A stretch of DNA of 64,000 nucleotides from a bacterium (GTDB lineage: Bacteria; Zhuqueibacterota; Zhuqueibacteria; Oceanimicrobiales; Oceanimicrobiaceae), in contig JBBIIG010000001.1 in the NCBI GenBank assembly GCA_037446635.1, positions 149,638 through 213,637 of the forward strand, given 5' to 3'. The notes beneath the pieces are model-generated. The model had not been told where the DNA came from, made no database searches, and saw nothing but the letters and a program-made list of their open reading frames with translations. A program made the position numbers and the translations under genes. Positions 8,154 through 20,444 of the stretch are shown here, one piece after another (the first letter of the stretch is position 1; every line of letters starts with the position of its first letter).

Positions 8154-10271
8154 TTAGGAATGATTCAAACGGAGCCGCATCCTCGCGTCCACGCCTTTGC
8201 AGCGGCTGCGCTCGGAGAAGGCCATCATCGGGTTGATCTCCATCTCCAAAATTTCCGGGAAATCTTGCGCAAGCTGCGACAGCCGCAGTAACATCTCTTT
8301 GAGAAATTCGAGATCCACGGCCGGCTCGCCGCGCACGCCCCGCAGCAGGGCGTAGCCTTTTATTTCGGCGAGCATGTCCTCCACATCCACATCGGTGACC
8401 GGCGTGATGCGAAACGCCACGTCCTGCAAAACTTCCACGTAAGCGCCGCCCAAGCCAAACATGATGAGCGTCCCAAAGCCCGGCGCCGAATGCAAACCCA
8501 TGATCACCTCCTTGCCGCCGGCCACCATTTCCTGCACAACGAACGCAGCCCGCTCGACATTCACCCCCCTGCTTTTCAGGGCATCCATGATTCCGCGATA
8601 GGCCGCTTCCAGATCTTTGGCGCTGGCCAGATTCAACCTGACGCCGCCCACTTCGGTTTTGTGGATCACTTCCGCCGCCGAAACTTTGAGCGCCAGCGGG
8701 AAGCTCATTTTTTTTGCGGCCGTTAAAATTTCCCCTAAATTTTTGCTGCGCTGCATGTTCGCAAATGGAATTTCGTAGCACGCTAAAATTTCCGCGACCT
8801 CCGGGGCCGTCAAAAACTCGCGATTTTCTTTTTGGGCCCGCTGAATAATTTCTTTCGCCCGCTTTTTATCAACCGCAAATTCGGGTACCCTTCCCTCTCG
8901 TTTTTCCAGCCACGCGCTGTACCGCCCCATCGCGGCCAAGGCACGCGCCGCCGATTCCGGGAAAGGATAGGCCGGCAGTTTGCGGCGGTGCAGCTCCTCC
9001 ACGCCGGTGGCCACCCCCTGCACGCCCATAAAACATCCCAGCACCGGCTTGTCAAATTTCTCCGCCACTTCTGCGATCTTGAGCGCCACCTGAATCGGAT
9101 CGGTGATGATTGGCGCCACGAAAATCACCATCGCCGAATCGACATTTTTATCATTGAGAACTTCGTTGAGGGCGAATTGAAATTCCGCCGGCTGCGCGCC
9201 CGCCAGTAAATCCACCGGATTATTGACGCTGGCGTCCGGCGCTAATTTTAGTTTGAGAGCGGCGCGGGTGGTTTCCTGCAATTCCACGACCGTTAGCCCC
9301 ACGCTTTCGCAAGCGTCCGCCGCCATGATGCCCGGGCCGCCGGCATTAGTGATGATGGCCACTCGATTACCCCTGGGCAGCGGCACGTTCGCCAGCCCCA
9401 TGGCAACGTCGAACATCTCGTCGATGGTGGCGGCGCGGATGACGCCGGATTGCTTGAACAGCGCGTCGAAGGCGCGATCCATGCCGGCCAGCGCGCCGGT
9501 GTGCGACGTGGCCGCCCGCGCCCCGGAGGTGGTGCGCCCGGATTTGACGATCACAATCGGCTTCTGGCGGCTGACCTCTTTCGCCAGCTTGATGAATTTT
9601 TGCGGATTGCCAAAACTTTCGAGGTACATCAAAATCACTTCCACCGACGGGTCGTCGCGCCAGTATTCCAAAAGATCGTTGCCGGAAACATCAGCTTTAT
9701 TTCCCACGGAGACAAACATCGACACGCCGAGATTGAGCTTTTTAGCGTGCTCGAGAATGGTTTGGCCCAACGCCCCACTTTGTGAAACCAACCCGATGTT
9801 CCCCGGCGGCGGCACCACCGGCGCGAAGGTAGCGTCCAAGCGCACGTCCGGATCCGTGTTGATCACGCCCATGCAGTTGGGGCCAATCATCCGCATGTGG
9901 TTGGCCTTCACGATGGCGGCGAGCTCGCGCTCCAACTCCGCTCCCTTCGGGCCGGTTTCTTTGAAGCCAGCGGTAATCACGATTAAACCCTTCACCCCAC
10001 ATTGGGCGCATTCCTTCACCACTTCCAAAACAAAATCTTTGCGAACGACAATGACCGCTAAATCAACTCGTTCGGGAAGCGCCGAAACCCTAGGGTAGGC
10101 TTTCACCGAATGAATGTATTCCGCCGTTGGATGAATAGGATAAACCGGGCCATTAAATTCGCTGTTCAAAAGTTTGTCGAAGATTTCCCGCCCCAGCGTG
10201 CCGCGCTGGGTTGACGCGCCCACCACGGCGACGGACTTCGGGCGAAAGATGGCGTCGAGCGAGTGATTCAT
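8154..10271 (-). CDS. ADP-forming acetate/acyl-CoA ligase family, alpha-beta fusion
   Basis: CoA-binding N-terminus, IGPNCMG, SQSGAL, SHTGALAG phospho-His, TNAGGPG, ATP-grasp HKTEVGGV and EINP. Confidence 0.92.
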   Translation of the reverse strand: MNHSLDAIFRPKSVAVVGASTQRGTLGREIFDKLLNSEFNGPVYPIHPTAEYIHSVKAYPRVSALPERVDLAVIVVRKDFVLEVVKECAQCGVKGLIVITAGFKETGPKGAELERELAAIVKANHMRMIGPNCMGVINTDPDVRLDATFAPVVPPPGNIGLVSQSGALGQTILEHAKKLNLGVSMFVSVGNKADVSGNDLLEYWRDDPSVEVILMYLESFGNPQKFIKLAKEVSRQKPIVIVKSGRTTSGARAATSHTGALAGMDRAFDALFKQSGVIRAATIDEMFDVAMGLANVPLPRGNRVAIITNAGGPGIMAADACESVGLTVVELQETTRAALKLKLAPDASVNNPVDLLAGAQPAEFQFALNEVLNDKNVDSAMVIFVAPIITDPIQVALKIAEVAEKFDKPVLGCFMGVQGVATGVEELHRRKLPAYPFPESAARALAAMGRYSAWLEKREGRVPEFAVDKKRAKEIIQRAQKENREFLTAPEVAEILACYEIPFANMQRSKNLGEILTAAKKMSFPLALKVSAAEVIHKTEVGGVRLNLASAKDLEAAYRGIMDALKSRGVNVERAAFVVQEMVAGGKEVIMGLHSAPGFGTLIMFGLGGAYVEVLQDVAFRITPVTDVDVEDMLAEIKGYALLRGVRGEPAVDLEFLKEMLLRLSQLAQDFPEILEMEINPMMAFSERSRCKGVDARMRLRLNHS

Positions 10272-10350
10272 AAAATGAACTTTTGAGATATTTCTCTGTT
10301 AAACTTTCAAAAGAAATTAAAGAACGCAATTCTCAACGGCAAGTAAAAAC

Positions 10351-10379
10351 TTGACAAAGATGTCTCACCAATTTAAATT
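10351..10379 (+). promoter_or_regulatory. Sigma70-type promoter
   Basis: TTGACA-N17-TAAATT. Confidence 0.6.
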
Positions 10380-10394
10380 GCAGGAAAATCAATT

Positions 10395-10883
10395 ATGATT
10401 GTTGGAATATTGAGAACCTCTGCCCACTCAATATCGCAAGCAACAACCGACAACCACCAGCCCTTCAGCACGTCGGTTGTTTTTTACGATGGCGTCTGCG
10501 CCCTCTGCAGCCGGGCGGTGCAGTATCTGTTGGAAAAGGATCGCCACCACGTGCTGAAGTTCGCCCCGCTGCAGGGTCAAACCGCGCGGCCGCTTTTGGA
10601 ACGATTTCCTGAGTTGGCATACAAAAAAAATTTGAAAAGCGTCATCTACATCCGCGAATTCAATTCTCCGGACGAGCAGATTTTTTTGCGCGCCGACGCG
10701 GTTCTGCAAATTCTTTCGGACCTTGAAGTCCAAAGTCCGTGGATCACCGGCATGTCTTTTTTCCCTCGATTTTTGCGAAATCTGATCTACAATGTCGTGG
10801 CGAAATTTCGCTACCGCTGGTTTGGAAAATATAGAGAATGTTGGCTGCCGGATTTCAAATGGCGTGAACGCTTTTTGCCGTGA
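10395..10883 (+). CDS. DCC1-like (DUF393) thiol-disulfide oxidoreductase
   Basis: VVFYDGVCALCS, FAPLQG, YNVVAKFRYRWFG. Confidence 0.9.
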   Translation: MIVGILRTSAHSISQATTDNHQPFSTSVVFYDGVCALCSRAVQYLLEKDRHHVLKFAPLQGQTARPLLERFPELAYKKNLKSVIYIREFNSPDEQIFLRADAVLQILSDLEVQSPWITGMSFFPRFLRNLIYNVVAKFRYRWFGKYRECWLPDFKWRERFLP

Positions 10884-10910
10884 GGGGAAGGAAGACCTCC
10901 ACTGCCCATC

Positions 10911-10940
10911 CCGTAGGGCAATTCATGAATTGCCCTACGG
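10911..10940. repeat. Perfect 30-bp palindrome, GTAG-type REP-like
   Basis: CCGTAGGGCAATTCA|TGAATTGCCCTACGG. Confidence 0.85.
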
Positions 10941-11005
10941 AATTCGACCGAACCAAATCGACGAAGTTTGTTTTAACCGCATTTCAGATTAGGAGGCAAA
11001 AGCCT

Positions 11006-11458
11006 ATGAAACTTTCCAGTCCGGCTTTCAAAGACGGCGCGGCGATTCCTCGTGTGCACACCTGCGATGACCGCGACATTTCGCCGGCGTTAAAATGGGA
11101 AGGGGCGCCGCAAGGCGTGAAAAGCTTCGCCCTCATCTGCGACGATCCCGACGCGCCGCGGGGAACCTGGGTGCACTGGGTGATTTTCAACATTCCCCCG
11201 GACAAACAGGAGTTACCGGAAAACCTGCCAACAAAAGACTCGCTGACGGATGGTACGAAGCAGGGCAAAAACGATTTTGGGAACATCGGCTACGGCGGAC
11301 CTTGTCCGCCTGGCGGCACCCACCGCTATTTTTTCAAACTCTACGCCCTCGACGCGTCAGTCCAGTTGCAAGCCGGTTGCACCAAAGCCCAGTTGCTCGA
11401 CGCCATGAAGGGACACATTTTGGCGGAAGCGCAGTTGATGGCAACCTACAAACGCTGA
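11006..11458 (+). CDS. YbhB/YbcL (PEBP) family protein
   Basis: DDPDAPRGTWVHWV, GYGGPCPP, HRYFFKLYALD; AGGAGG upstream of MKLSS. Confidence 0.93.
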   Translation: MKLSSPAFKDGAAIPRVHTCDDRDISPALKWEGAPQGVKSFALICDDPDAPRGTWVHWVIFNIPPDKQELPENLPTKDSLTDGTKQGKNDFGNIGYGGPCPPGGTHRYFFKLYALDASVQLQAGCTKAQLLDAMKGHILAEAQLMATYKR

Positions 11459-11462
11459 GCCG

Positions 11463-12461
11463 ATGCGCGCGCAAATTCTGAACGAACCTGGCCCGATTGA
11501 CTCCCGCCCGCTTCGCCTTTCGGAGGCGCCCCCACCCGAACCCAGCGACGGCGATCTGCTGATTCGAGTTTCGGTGTGCGGAGTGTGTCACACCGACCTG
11601 CACATCGCGGAGGGCGAACTTCCCCCCAAAAAATCAAGCCTCATTCCCGGGCATCAAATTGTCGGAGTGGTTGAGCGCGCCGGAAAAAATGTTAGGCGTT
11701 TCGCGCGCGGCGACCGCGTTGGAGTGACGTGGCTCTATTCGAGTTGCGGGAGTTGTGAATATTGCAAAACCGGTAAAGAAAATCTTTGCGATGACGCCCG
11801 CTTCACCGGCTACCACCACGACGGCGGCTACGCCGAATACGCGGTGGTTCCCGCTGAGTTCGCCCAAGCGATTCCTGCCAATTTTCCGGATTCGCAAGCC
11901 GCGCCGCTGCTGTGCGCCGGCGTCATTGGCTACCGTTCGTTGAAGCTTTGCGAGATTCAACCCGGCCAACGGCTGGGACTTTACGGCTTCGGCGCCTCGG
12001 CGCACGTGGCCATTCAAGTGGCGCGCCGCTGGGGCTGCGAGGTTTACGTGTTCACTCGCAGCGCGCAACATCGCGAGCACGCGCTCGAACTGGGCGCGAA
12101 ATGGGCCGGCTCCGCTTCGGAATTCCCGCCGCAAAAAATGGCTGGCAGCGTCATTTTTGCGCCGGCGGGAGAACTGGTGCCGCAGGCGCTGCAGCATTTG
12201 CAAAAAGGCGGCGTGTTGGCCATCAACGCCGTGCACATGAGTCCCATCCCGCAATTCGATTATTCTCTCATTTACTTTGAACGCACCGTGCGCAGCGTCG
12301 CCAATTGCACTCGCCGCGACGCCGAGGAACTCCTGAAGCTGGCGGCCGAGATCCCCATCCAAACGGACGTGGAAATGTATCCCCTCGAACAAGCCAACGA
12401 AGTTTTGCAGCGGCTAAAGCGCGCGGAGATCCGCGGCGCGGCGGTGCTGAAGATCTTGTAA
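11463..12461 (+). CDS. Zinc-dependent alcohol dehydrogenase family protein
   Basis: CGVCHTD, PGHQIVG, CGSCEYC...ENLC, APLLCAG, GLYGFG. Confidence 0.93.
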   Translation: MRAQILNEPGPIDSRPLRLSEAPPPEPSDGDLLIRVSVCGVCHTDLHIAEGELPPKKSSLIPGHQIVGVVERAGKNVRRFARGDRVGVTWLYSSCGSCEYCKTGKENLCDDARFTGYHHDGGYAEYAVVPAEFAQAIPANFPDSQAAPLLCAGVIGYRSLKLCEIQPGQRLGLYGFGASAHVAIQVARRWGCEVYVFTRSAQHREHALELGAKWAGSASEFPPQKMAGSVIFAPAGELVPQALQHLQKGGVLAINAVHMSPIPQFDYSLIYFERTVRSVANCTRRDAEELLKLAAEIPIQTDVEMYPLEQANEVLQRLKRAEIRGAAVLKIL

Positions 12462-12504
12462 CGCAAACTTCTGGTTTGCGACTCAAAGCAGAGCTTTGAG
12501 TTAC
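12458..12504. repeat. Double-hairpin REP-like element bounded by GTAAC...GTTAC
   Basis: CGCAAAC-TTCTG-GTTTGCG and CTCAAAGC-AGA-GCTTTGAG. Confidence 0.6.
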
Positions 12505-12531
12505 GTTTACCATTTGTGAAAGGACAACCAA

Positions 12532-12960
12532 ATGCGGCCCAAACTGATTCTCCCCCATCAATTCTCGTTTGCCACCGAAATGCGCGTGCGCGTCAGCGAC
12601 ATCAATTATGCCGGCCACCTCAGCAACGACCGCGTACTGTCGCTCCTGCACGAAGCGCGCGTCCGCTTCCTCAATCAATTCGGTTTTACGGAAATGGATG
12701 TCGATGGCGCCGGCACCATCATGACCCATGCCGTGCTCATTTATAAATCCGAAGCGTTCCACGGCGATCTGCTTGTGATCGAAGTGGCGGTGGGAGAGTT
12801 TCACAAATTCGGCTGCGATTTTTTTTACAAGATTACCAATCGCGACAAAAACAAAGAAGTGGCGCGGGGTAAAACCGGCCACGTGTTTTTCAATTACGAG
12901 ACGCACACCATGATGCCGGTTCCGCAAAAATTTCTCAAGTTGTGTGCTCCAAAATCATAA
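12532..12960 (+). CDS. Hotdog-fold (4HBT-like) thioesterase
   Basis: VRVSDINYAGHLSND...HEAR. Confidence 0.88.
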   Translation: MRPKLILPHQFSFATEMRVRVSDINYAGHLSNDRVLSLLHEARVRFLNQFGFTEMDVDGAGTIMTHAVLIYKSEAFHGDLLVIEVAVGEFHKFGCDFFYKITNRDKNKEVARGKTGHVFFNYETHTMMPVPQKFLKLCAPKS

Positions 12961-13099
12961 TGAATCTGGAAAATCAAATACCGCGAAAAGATGAAAGCAC
13001 GGACGGGCGTTTGCGGGATCGGGAGGTTTATTGAAGGCACGAGCGCTGACGAGCTCGGGGCACTGTGAACATTTTTGGAGACGCTTGAGAAAAGCGCGA

Positions 13100-14383
13100 C
13101 TAATTTTTGGTGTTCAACACCGCGGTTATTTCATCCCAGTAACCGTAGCGTTCAATGGAGCTGTTGTCATAAACATACAATCCGTTGGCGAGGTTCAGCA
13201 CGGTAGTGAGAGCGCTTTTGAATTTTTCGCCATCGGATTTAAAAAGCTCCGCGAGGATGGCGGCATAGACCGGACAGCTATTGTCAATGACATCCATCGC
13301 CATCATGGCTGAGCCCTCCACGCTCATCCACCACTCTGCGCCTAAAGCTTCCGAATCGCTGGCGGTCAGGCGGGGAAAATAGCAGCCGACAATCATGTAA
13401 TTGACCAGTTCGGCAATCGCCGTTTTATTATATTCATCGGAAGCCCACTCTTCTTGCGGCTGATTGTTTTCTGCCGCCCAATTGACGCCGTACTCATAGT
13501 ACGTCGGGTACCAGGCGCCCACGAAGTTCCCAATCGGCAAAGTCGGATCGATGTTCCTGATTTGTTTGGTCAGTTTCTCCATGAAGCTGCGAATAGCTTG
13601 GGCGCGGAATTCAATCCATTCTTTATAATACATACCGGGGACAATTGTCCACTCCTCATTTTGGCGCTGCCATTGCAAAACATCGTCCGGCCACCATTGC
13701 AAACGTCGGCCGGTTTTGGCAAGATAGCCTTCAAACAGGCCGCGGCTAAACTCGGAGAAATCCGCCTCGATTCCAGAAAAACGCGCCTTATCAAAAATAA
13801 TTCCGTCAACCGAATATTGTTCTAAAAATTCTTTCACGACCGCAATTTCATACTCCTGCACTTCGCTCAACAACGGGTTGGCAAATGCGATGGGCCCCTG
13901 CGCCCATCGCGTAATTGGGACAACTTTCGGCTGCTCTTCTTCGACCACATAAACCTGCGTTTGCCAGTTGGGGAGGCGATCGTAAATCGGGCCGCGCCGT
14001 TCCAAAACATGTCCTTCTGCAAAAACCGAGAACACCGCATAAATCTGAATGTGTCGGCGTTTGCCTTCATCCAGAAATGCCTTAATGGGATCGAAGTCGA
14101 TGGGCACGGAATATCCGTCCCACTGCAAAAGTCGCGGTGCGAATTTGCTGGGATAAATCACTTCGCCGCTGATGGCTTTGACGCCCAGCGCGATGGCGCC
14201 AAATCCCGCACCTTCGGCATTATTGATGATATTCGCGACGCCGGTGCGGCTGGTGATATCGCGGATGTTCAGCAGCGGATCGCACCACAACACGGCAAGC
14301 TTCTCGCCTTGAGGATAAGCGTCCGCCGGCAACGAAGCGATCAAAAGAACGAGCAGAAAAATTCGCGGAAGATATTTTTTCAT
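13100..14383 (-). CDS. Secreted glycoside-hydrolase-like TIM-barrel protein (GHL10/DUF187-like)
   Basis: Signal peptide; FANPLLSEVQEYEIAVVKEFLEQYSVDGIIFD; YVGAW-like FVGAWYPTYYEYGVNWA. Confidence 0.7.
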   Translation of the reverse strand: MKKYLPRIFLLVLLIASLPADAYPQGEKLAVLWCDPLLNIRDITSRTGVANIINNAEGAGFGAIALGVKAISGEVIYPSKFAPRLLQWDGYSVPIDFDPIKAFLDEGKRRHIQIYAVFSVFAEGHVLERRGPIYDRLPNWQTQVYVVEEEQPKVVPITRWAQGPIAFANPLLSEVQEYEIAVVKEFLEQYSVDGIIFDKARFSGIEADFSEFSRGLFEGYLAKTGRRLQWWPDDVLQWQRQNEEWTIVPGMYYKEWIEFRAQAIRSFMEKLTKQIRNIDPTLPIGNFVGAWYPTYYEYGVNWAAENNQPQEEWASDEYNKTAIAELVNYMIVGCYFPRLTASDSEALGAEWWMSVEGSAMMAMDVIDNSCPVYAAILAELFKSDGEKFKSALTTVLNLANGLYVYDNSSIERYGYWDEITAVLNTKN

Positions 14384-14384
14384 G

Positions 14385-14618
14385 TCAGATCAAAAATTTG
14401 CTGAATGCAATACAGAGGGCGCCAGCGACGAATAATGCCAGCCCAAGCCAAAGCTTTTCTTTTTTGAGTGCCAACGAAATACCAACGGAGAGGAGCAGCA
14501 GCCCGGCAAATACCGAAAAGCGGTAGGCGCTCAACCCCACTAACAGACAAAAGACGGCCCAGATAATCCATTTTTCTGCTGCGGTAAATCCGCGCTGGCT
14601 TTTTGCCTCGGTCGGCAC
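14385..14618 (-). CDS. Small integral membrane hypothetical protein
   Basis: GGAGG RBS then GTG; three hydrophobic segments. Confidence 0.55.
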   Translation of the reverse strand: MPTEAKSQRGFTAAEKWIIWAVFCLLVGLSAYRFSVFAGLLLLSVGISLALKKEKLWLGLALFVAGALCIAFSKFLI

Positions 14619-14731
14619 AACTTTATCCTCCAAATAATAAAGAAAATGGCAGGCTGAAGAACCACCTGCCATCATTGCATATTTGATCTAATTCACCACA
14701 AAGAGCACGAAGTTTTAAGGAACTTCAAATC

Positions 14732-15232
14732 TTAGTTGAGAACGACGTCAAAAAAATCGTTGAGCAGTTTCACTAACAACTCTTCGGTGAAGTGCATTGG
14801 CGTCGCGCTTCGGAGTTGGCTCTCCCGATCGTGCTTGTATCTTCGCAAGGAAATTCGGCCGTCGCTGCTCAGCAGGATTTCATAGAAAGACAAATAGCGA
14901 TCGTCTTTTTGCGGCGCCTGGCTTCGCAATTGCACTTGTCCGCTGTGGCTGTCCATTTCCACCAGATGAAAATCTTCTAAAAGATAAGTGACTTTGCTAA
15001 TCAAGCGATCGGCGCGCTGCTTAAGCTGCTCAACGGCAAAATGGTTATTCGAACTTTGCAGCACGATTTCTTCGATCATAAAACTCAGCCGGTCAAAATC
15101 GCTTATTTTGAGATGCAAAGCGATTTTTTCAATGACCGTTTCGAAATGGTAGGGGGCTACCCCCCGCTTGCTATCTTTTTCGGGCAACAGAAAATCCCGA
15201 AGTTGCTGCACAAGCGATTGACCGAGACTCAT
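14732..15232 (-). CDS. Hypothetical protein, fourth gene of the prkA-DUF444-spoVR operon
   Basis: 24 bp after spoVR with a GGGGAGG RBS; VTYLLE...QLRSQAP...YEILL. Confidence 0.8.
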   Translation of the reverse strand: MSLGQSLVQQLRDFLLPEKDSKRGVAPYHFETVIEKIALHLKISDFDRLSFMIEEIVLQSSNNHFAVEQLKQRADRLISKVTYLLEDFHLVEMDSHSGQVQLRSQAPQKDDRYLSFYEILLSSDGRISLRRYKHDRESQLRSATPMHFTEELLVKLLNDFFDVVLN

Positions 15233-15256
15233 TGTAGTGGCCTCCCCTGAATAAAG

Positions 15257-16744
15257 TTAGTCGATTTCATATTCGTCATGCTCTTGACCGTCGAAACTGA
15301 GGACCGTTGTTACTTCATCGATCACGGTTTGCAGGTGGACGGTGCGCGTCCAGATTTTATACAAGTTGGTTAAGGTTTCTTTAGCCTCGTCAATTTTGAG
15401 ATCGACCCCATCGTGGTCGTGAATCAAATACAGCTCGCCGCGGTTTTCGTAATTGGCGTCTTCCACGTGAATAAACGGCTGCCCAAAATTGGTGAGGCTG
15501 AACAGAAGTCTCTCTTTGACCGCTTTAAAATCGCGATCGGAAATTTCATAAAAGTCGGTGCGGTCGTTATAATCGTAAACGAACAGCTTGTGCTCTCGGC
15601 AAAATTCCGGCGTCAGAAACGCGTCAATGAACGTCAGGTCATTATACAACTTCCGCACCTCGAAAATTTTTTGCTGGCCAAGGCCAAGTTTCTTATCCCA
15701 GTTTTTGCGGGCCAGCCAATCGTCGCAGTCCTCGAAATCTTTGCCGAACTTGCCTTTATTCCAACGGTCCTCGATATCGCGAAACAACTCTACGCCTAAC
15801 TTATAGGGGTTGAGGCGGCCGTTGCCGGTAAGCAAGGTTCCGGAGTGATGATCGGCGTAATCGATCACTTCGGCGTCGGTGAGGCATTTTTCGGTCATGA
15901 TTTTTGAATGCCAATAGGTGGCCCAGCCTTCATTCATGATTTTGGTTTGGCCTTGCGGCGCGAAATAGTAGGCCTCCTCGCGCACGATGGAGAGCACGTC
16001 CGCCTGCCAGCGATCCAGCGGGGCGTGCTCAATCAAAAATTGCAGCACGTCGCGCTCGGGTATCTCGGGGAATTTTCGTTTCCTCTGTTTCTGCTTTTGT
16101 TCGGAAAGTTTTCGCTGTTCTTCGAGAAAATCCGCTGGGTTGATGTAGGCATCCATGTAATTTTTGCTTTTCAATTTCACCGGTGCGGTCGGTAGTGGCT
16201 CGTCTTCTACGATTTTTTGGGATGCCTGCGGCTTGCGCTGAATATAGGGCGAATGCAGGTCAATGAGATTCTCCAGCGACAAACAGACTTCGATAAAATC
16301 TTCGACGACCTCTTCGCCGTACTTTTCGCAGTAGCGGCGGATCTGGGTGGCGTGATTGGCCATTTCGTCCATCATTTTGCGATTGGTGTGGTTGAACCAG
16401 AGGTTGTTTTTGAAAAAATCGCAGTGGCCGTAAACGTGCGCCATCACTAATTTCTGATCCACCAGGTTATTGCATTTCATGAGATAGGCGTAGCAGGGAT
16501 CGTTGTTGATGACCAGCTCGTAAATTTTTTGCAAGCCGTAGGTGTAACCCTTCGACAGCTCTTCGTATTCCATGCCGAAACGCCAGTGGGGGTAGCGGGT
16601 GGGAAAGCCGCCGTAACTGGCAATTTCATTCAATTCATCGAATTCAACGATCTCAAAAATCGTCTCGAAAAAATTGAGATTATAATCTTCAGCGTATCGC
16701 CGAATCTCGTCTTTGATTTTGGCTAAGTCAGTTGGTAAATTCAT
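15257..16744 (-). CDS. spoVR: SpoVR/YcgB family protein
   Basis: [50 protein letters not shown]. Confidence 0.95.
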   Translation of the reverse strand: MNLPTDLAKIKDEIRRYAEDYNLNFFETIFEIVEFDELNEIASYGGFPTRYPHWRFGMEYEELSKGYTYGLQKIYELVINNDPCYAYLMKCNNLVDQKLVMAHVYGHCDFFKNNLWFNHTNRKMMDEMANHATQIRRYCEKYGEEVVEDFIEVCLSLENLIDLHSPYIQRKPQASQKIVEDEPLPTAPVKLKSKNYMDAYINPADFLEEQRKLSEQKQKQRKRKFPEIPERDVLQFLIEHAPLDRWQADVLSIVREEAYYFAPQGQTKIMNEGWATYWHSKIMTEKCLTDAEVIDYADHHSGTLLTGNGRLNPYKLGVELFRDIEDRWNKGKFGKDFEDCDDWLARKNWDKKLGLGQQKIFEVRKLYNDLTFIDAFLTPEFCREHKLFVYDYNDRTDFYEISDRDFKAVKERLLFSLTNFGQPFIHVEDANYENRGELYLIHDHDGVDLKIDEAKETLTNLYKIWTRTVHLQTVIDEVTTVLSFDGQEHDEYEID

Positions 16745-16760
16745 CGCCCGCTCGCGTTCT

Positions 16761-17864
16761 TTATCTACCTTTTCCTAAAAACTCTCGGATGGAATCGTAT
16801 ATTTCCTCTTTGTCGGCAATTTCAGACAGCACGACTTTTTCTTCGTCTTGGAAATTGTCATCCAAATCGCGGATGAATTGGCCGCTGCCGTAGGGGCTTT
16901 CCACCTGGCCGTAGCAAAAAAGATTGATCCTGTCCAGCAGATCGTTTGCAAGAATGGTAATACATTCTTCGGTGTCGATCTCACCCCAGTTGTCGCCGTC
17001 GGAAAAATGAAAGAGGTAAATGTTCCATTCGCTGTGATCGTAATCCTCATTGATGATCTTACTGGCTAATTTATAAGCTGACGAAATGATCGTGCCGCCG
17101 CTTTCGCGAGTGTGATAAAACGTCTCCTGATCCACTTCGCGCGCTACAGCATCGTGAATGATGTAACGGGTTGCGATGTTTTTATACTGATAGCGCAGCC
17201 AGGTATCGATCCAAAACGACTCTATGCGCACAATCTCTTTCTGCTCATCGCCCATCGAGCCGGAGACGTCCATCATATAAATGATGACCGCGTTGCTTTC
17301 GGGCTCGAGGGTGACTTTCCAGGAGCGGTAGCGGCGATCCTCGCGCACCGGGATGATCACCGGATCTTTGGGATTATAAGTTTGCGTGATGATCTGCCGT
17401 CTTAAAGCCTGCTTGTACGTGCGCTTGAAATGACGCAGCGATTCCGGCCCAGTGTGGCTGATGCCAGTGTATTTGTCTTTTTGGGTCGTAATATTTTTTT
17501 TGCCTTTGGGAAGGATGTTGGGAAGCTCAAGCTCCTCTCCCAAGATTTGCGCCAGTTCTTGCAGCGGGATATCCACTTCAAGAATGTGATCGCCGGGAGA
17601 ATCGCCGGCGCCGCCTTCCGCATCGCCGGCGCCGCGGCCGATGGGAGTGCCGATCTCGCCGCCCCCCTGTCCCACCCCGCCGGCCTTTTTATGGTCATAA
17701 CGAAAATGCGGGATATTGATTTGCGGAATGGGGATGCTGACAAAATCACTGCCCTTTTTGCCAATCAGCTCGCCGCGGGTGATGTACTTGCGCAGGTTGC
17801 GCTTGACCTTGCCGCGAACAATCTGGTGGAAGCGCGCCAGATCTTTTTCAATCTTTTTGACCAT
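16761..17864 (-). CDS. DUF444 (YeaH/YhbH) vWA-like protein
   Basis: [22 protein letters not shown]. Confidence 0.93.
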   Translation of the reverse strand: MVKKIEKDLARFHQIVRGKVKRNLRKYITRGELIGKKGSDFVSIPIPQINIPHFRYDHKKAGGVGQGGGEIGTPIGRGAGDAEGGAGDSPGDHILEVDIPLQELAQILGEELELPNILPKGKKNITTQKDKYTGISHTGPESLRHFKRTYKQALRRQIITQTYNPKDPVIIPVREDRRYRSWKVTLEPESNAVIIYMMDVSGSMGDEQKEIVRIESFWIDTWLRYQYKNIATRYIIHDAVAREVDQETFYHTRESGGTIISSAYKLASKIINEDYDHSEWNIYLFHFSDGDNWGEIDTEECITILANDLLDRINLFCYGQVESPYGSGQFIRDLDDNFQDEEKVVLSEIADKEEIYDSIREFLGKGR

Positions 17865-17865
17865 G

Positions 17866-19962
<2,097 letters not shown>

Positions 19963-20007
19963 GGGGTTACACCTCCGGGAATTCTTGAAAAGCTATTCTC
20001 TAAATTT

Positions 20008-20022
20008 ACAAATTCTATGCCA
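20008..20022 (-). promoter_or_regulatory. Possible sigma54 (-24/-12) promoter of the prkA operon
   Basis: TGGCATAGAATTTGT, imperfect at -12, ~45 bp upstream of the ATG. Confidence 0.3.
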
Positions 20023-20377
20023 CTATATTTCAGTGCAATGATTCGAACCTTTTTCTCTCATTAAACTGTCCATTAAAAATCAGCCCGTGCCATTGTGAAA
20101 CGAGCAGATACAAAAAAGTCGAAATAAAAATCTATTTCGACATTTTATTGAAAGTTTCAAAGAACTTGGAAAGTTTTATAAACTTTGATGAATTAGGTTC
20201 GCAATCCTTTGACCTTTCGTTACCTTTCGGAATTACTTTTGAATTTATAACAACCGAATTAAAAGTCAAGACATTTTTTAAACTTGCTGCACGAGATTTG
20301 ATAAATACTTTTTACGTTGTCTAATTTTAGAAATTACTACTGCCATCACTCCGATTCTGTTCCAGACTATTTTTTAT

Positions 20378-20406
20378 TTGACTAATATTGTCGCTTTCGC
20401 TATTAT
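20378..20406 (+). promoter_or_regulatory. Sigma70-type promoter of comM
   Basis: TTGACT-N17-TATTAT. Confidence 0.65.
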
Positions 20407-20444
20407 CAAAACACTTCACTAACAAAATCATAAACTAACTTTTT

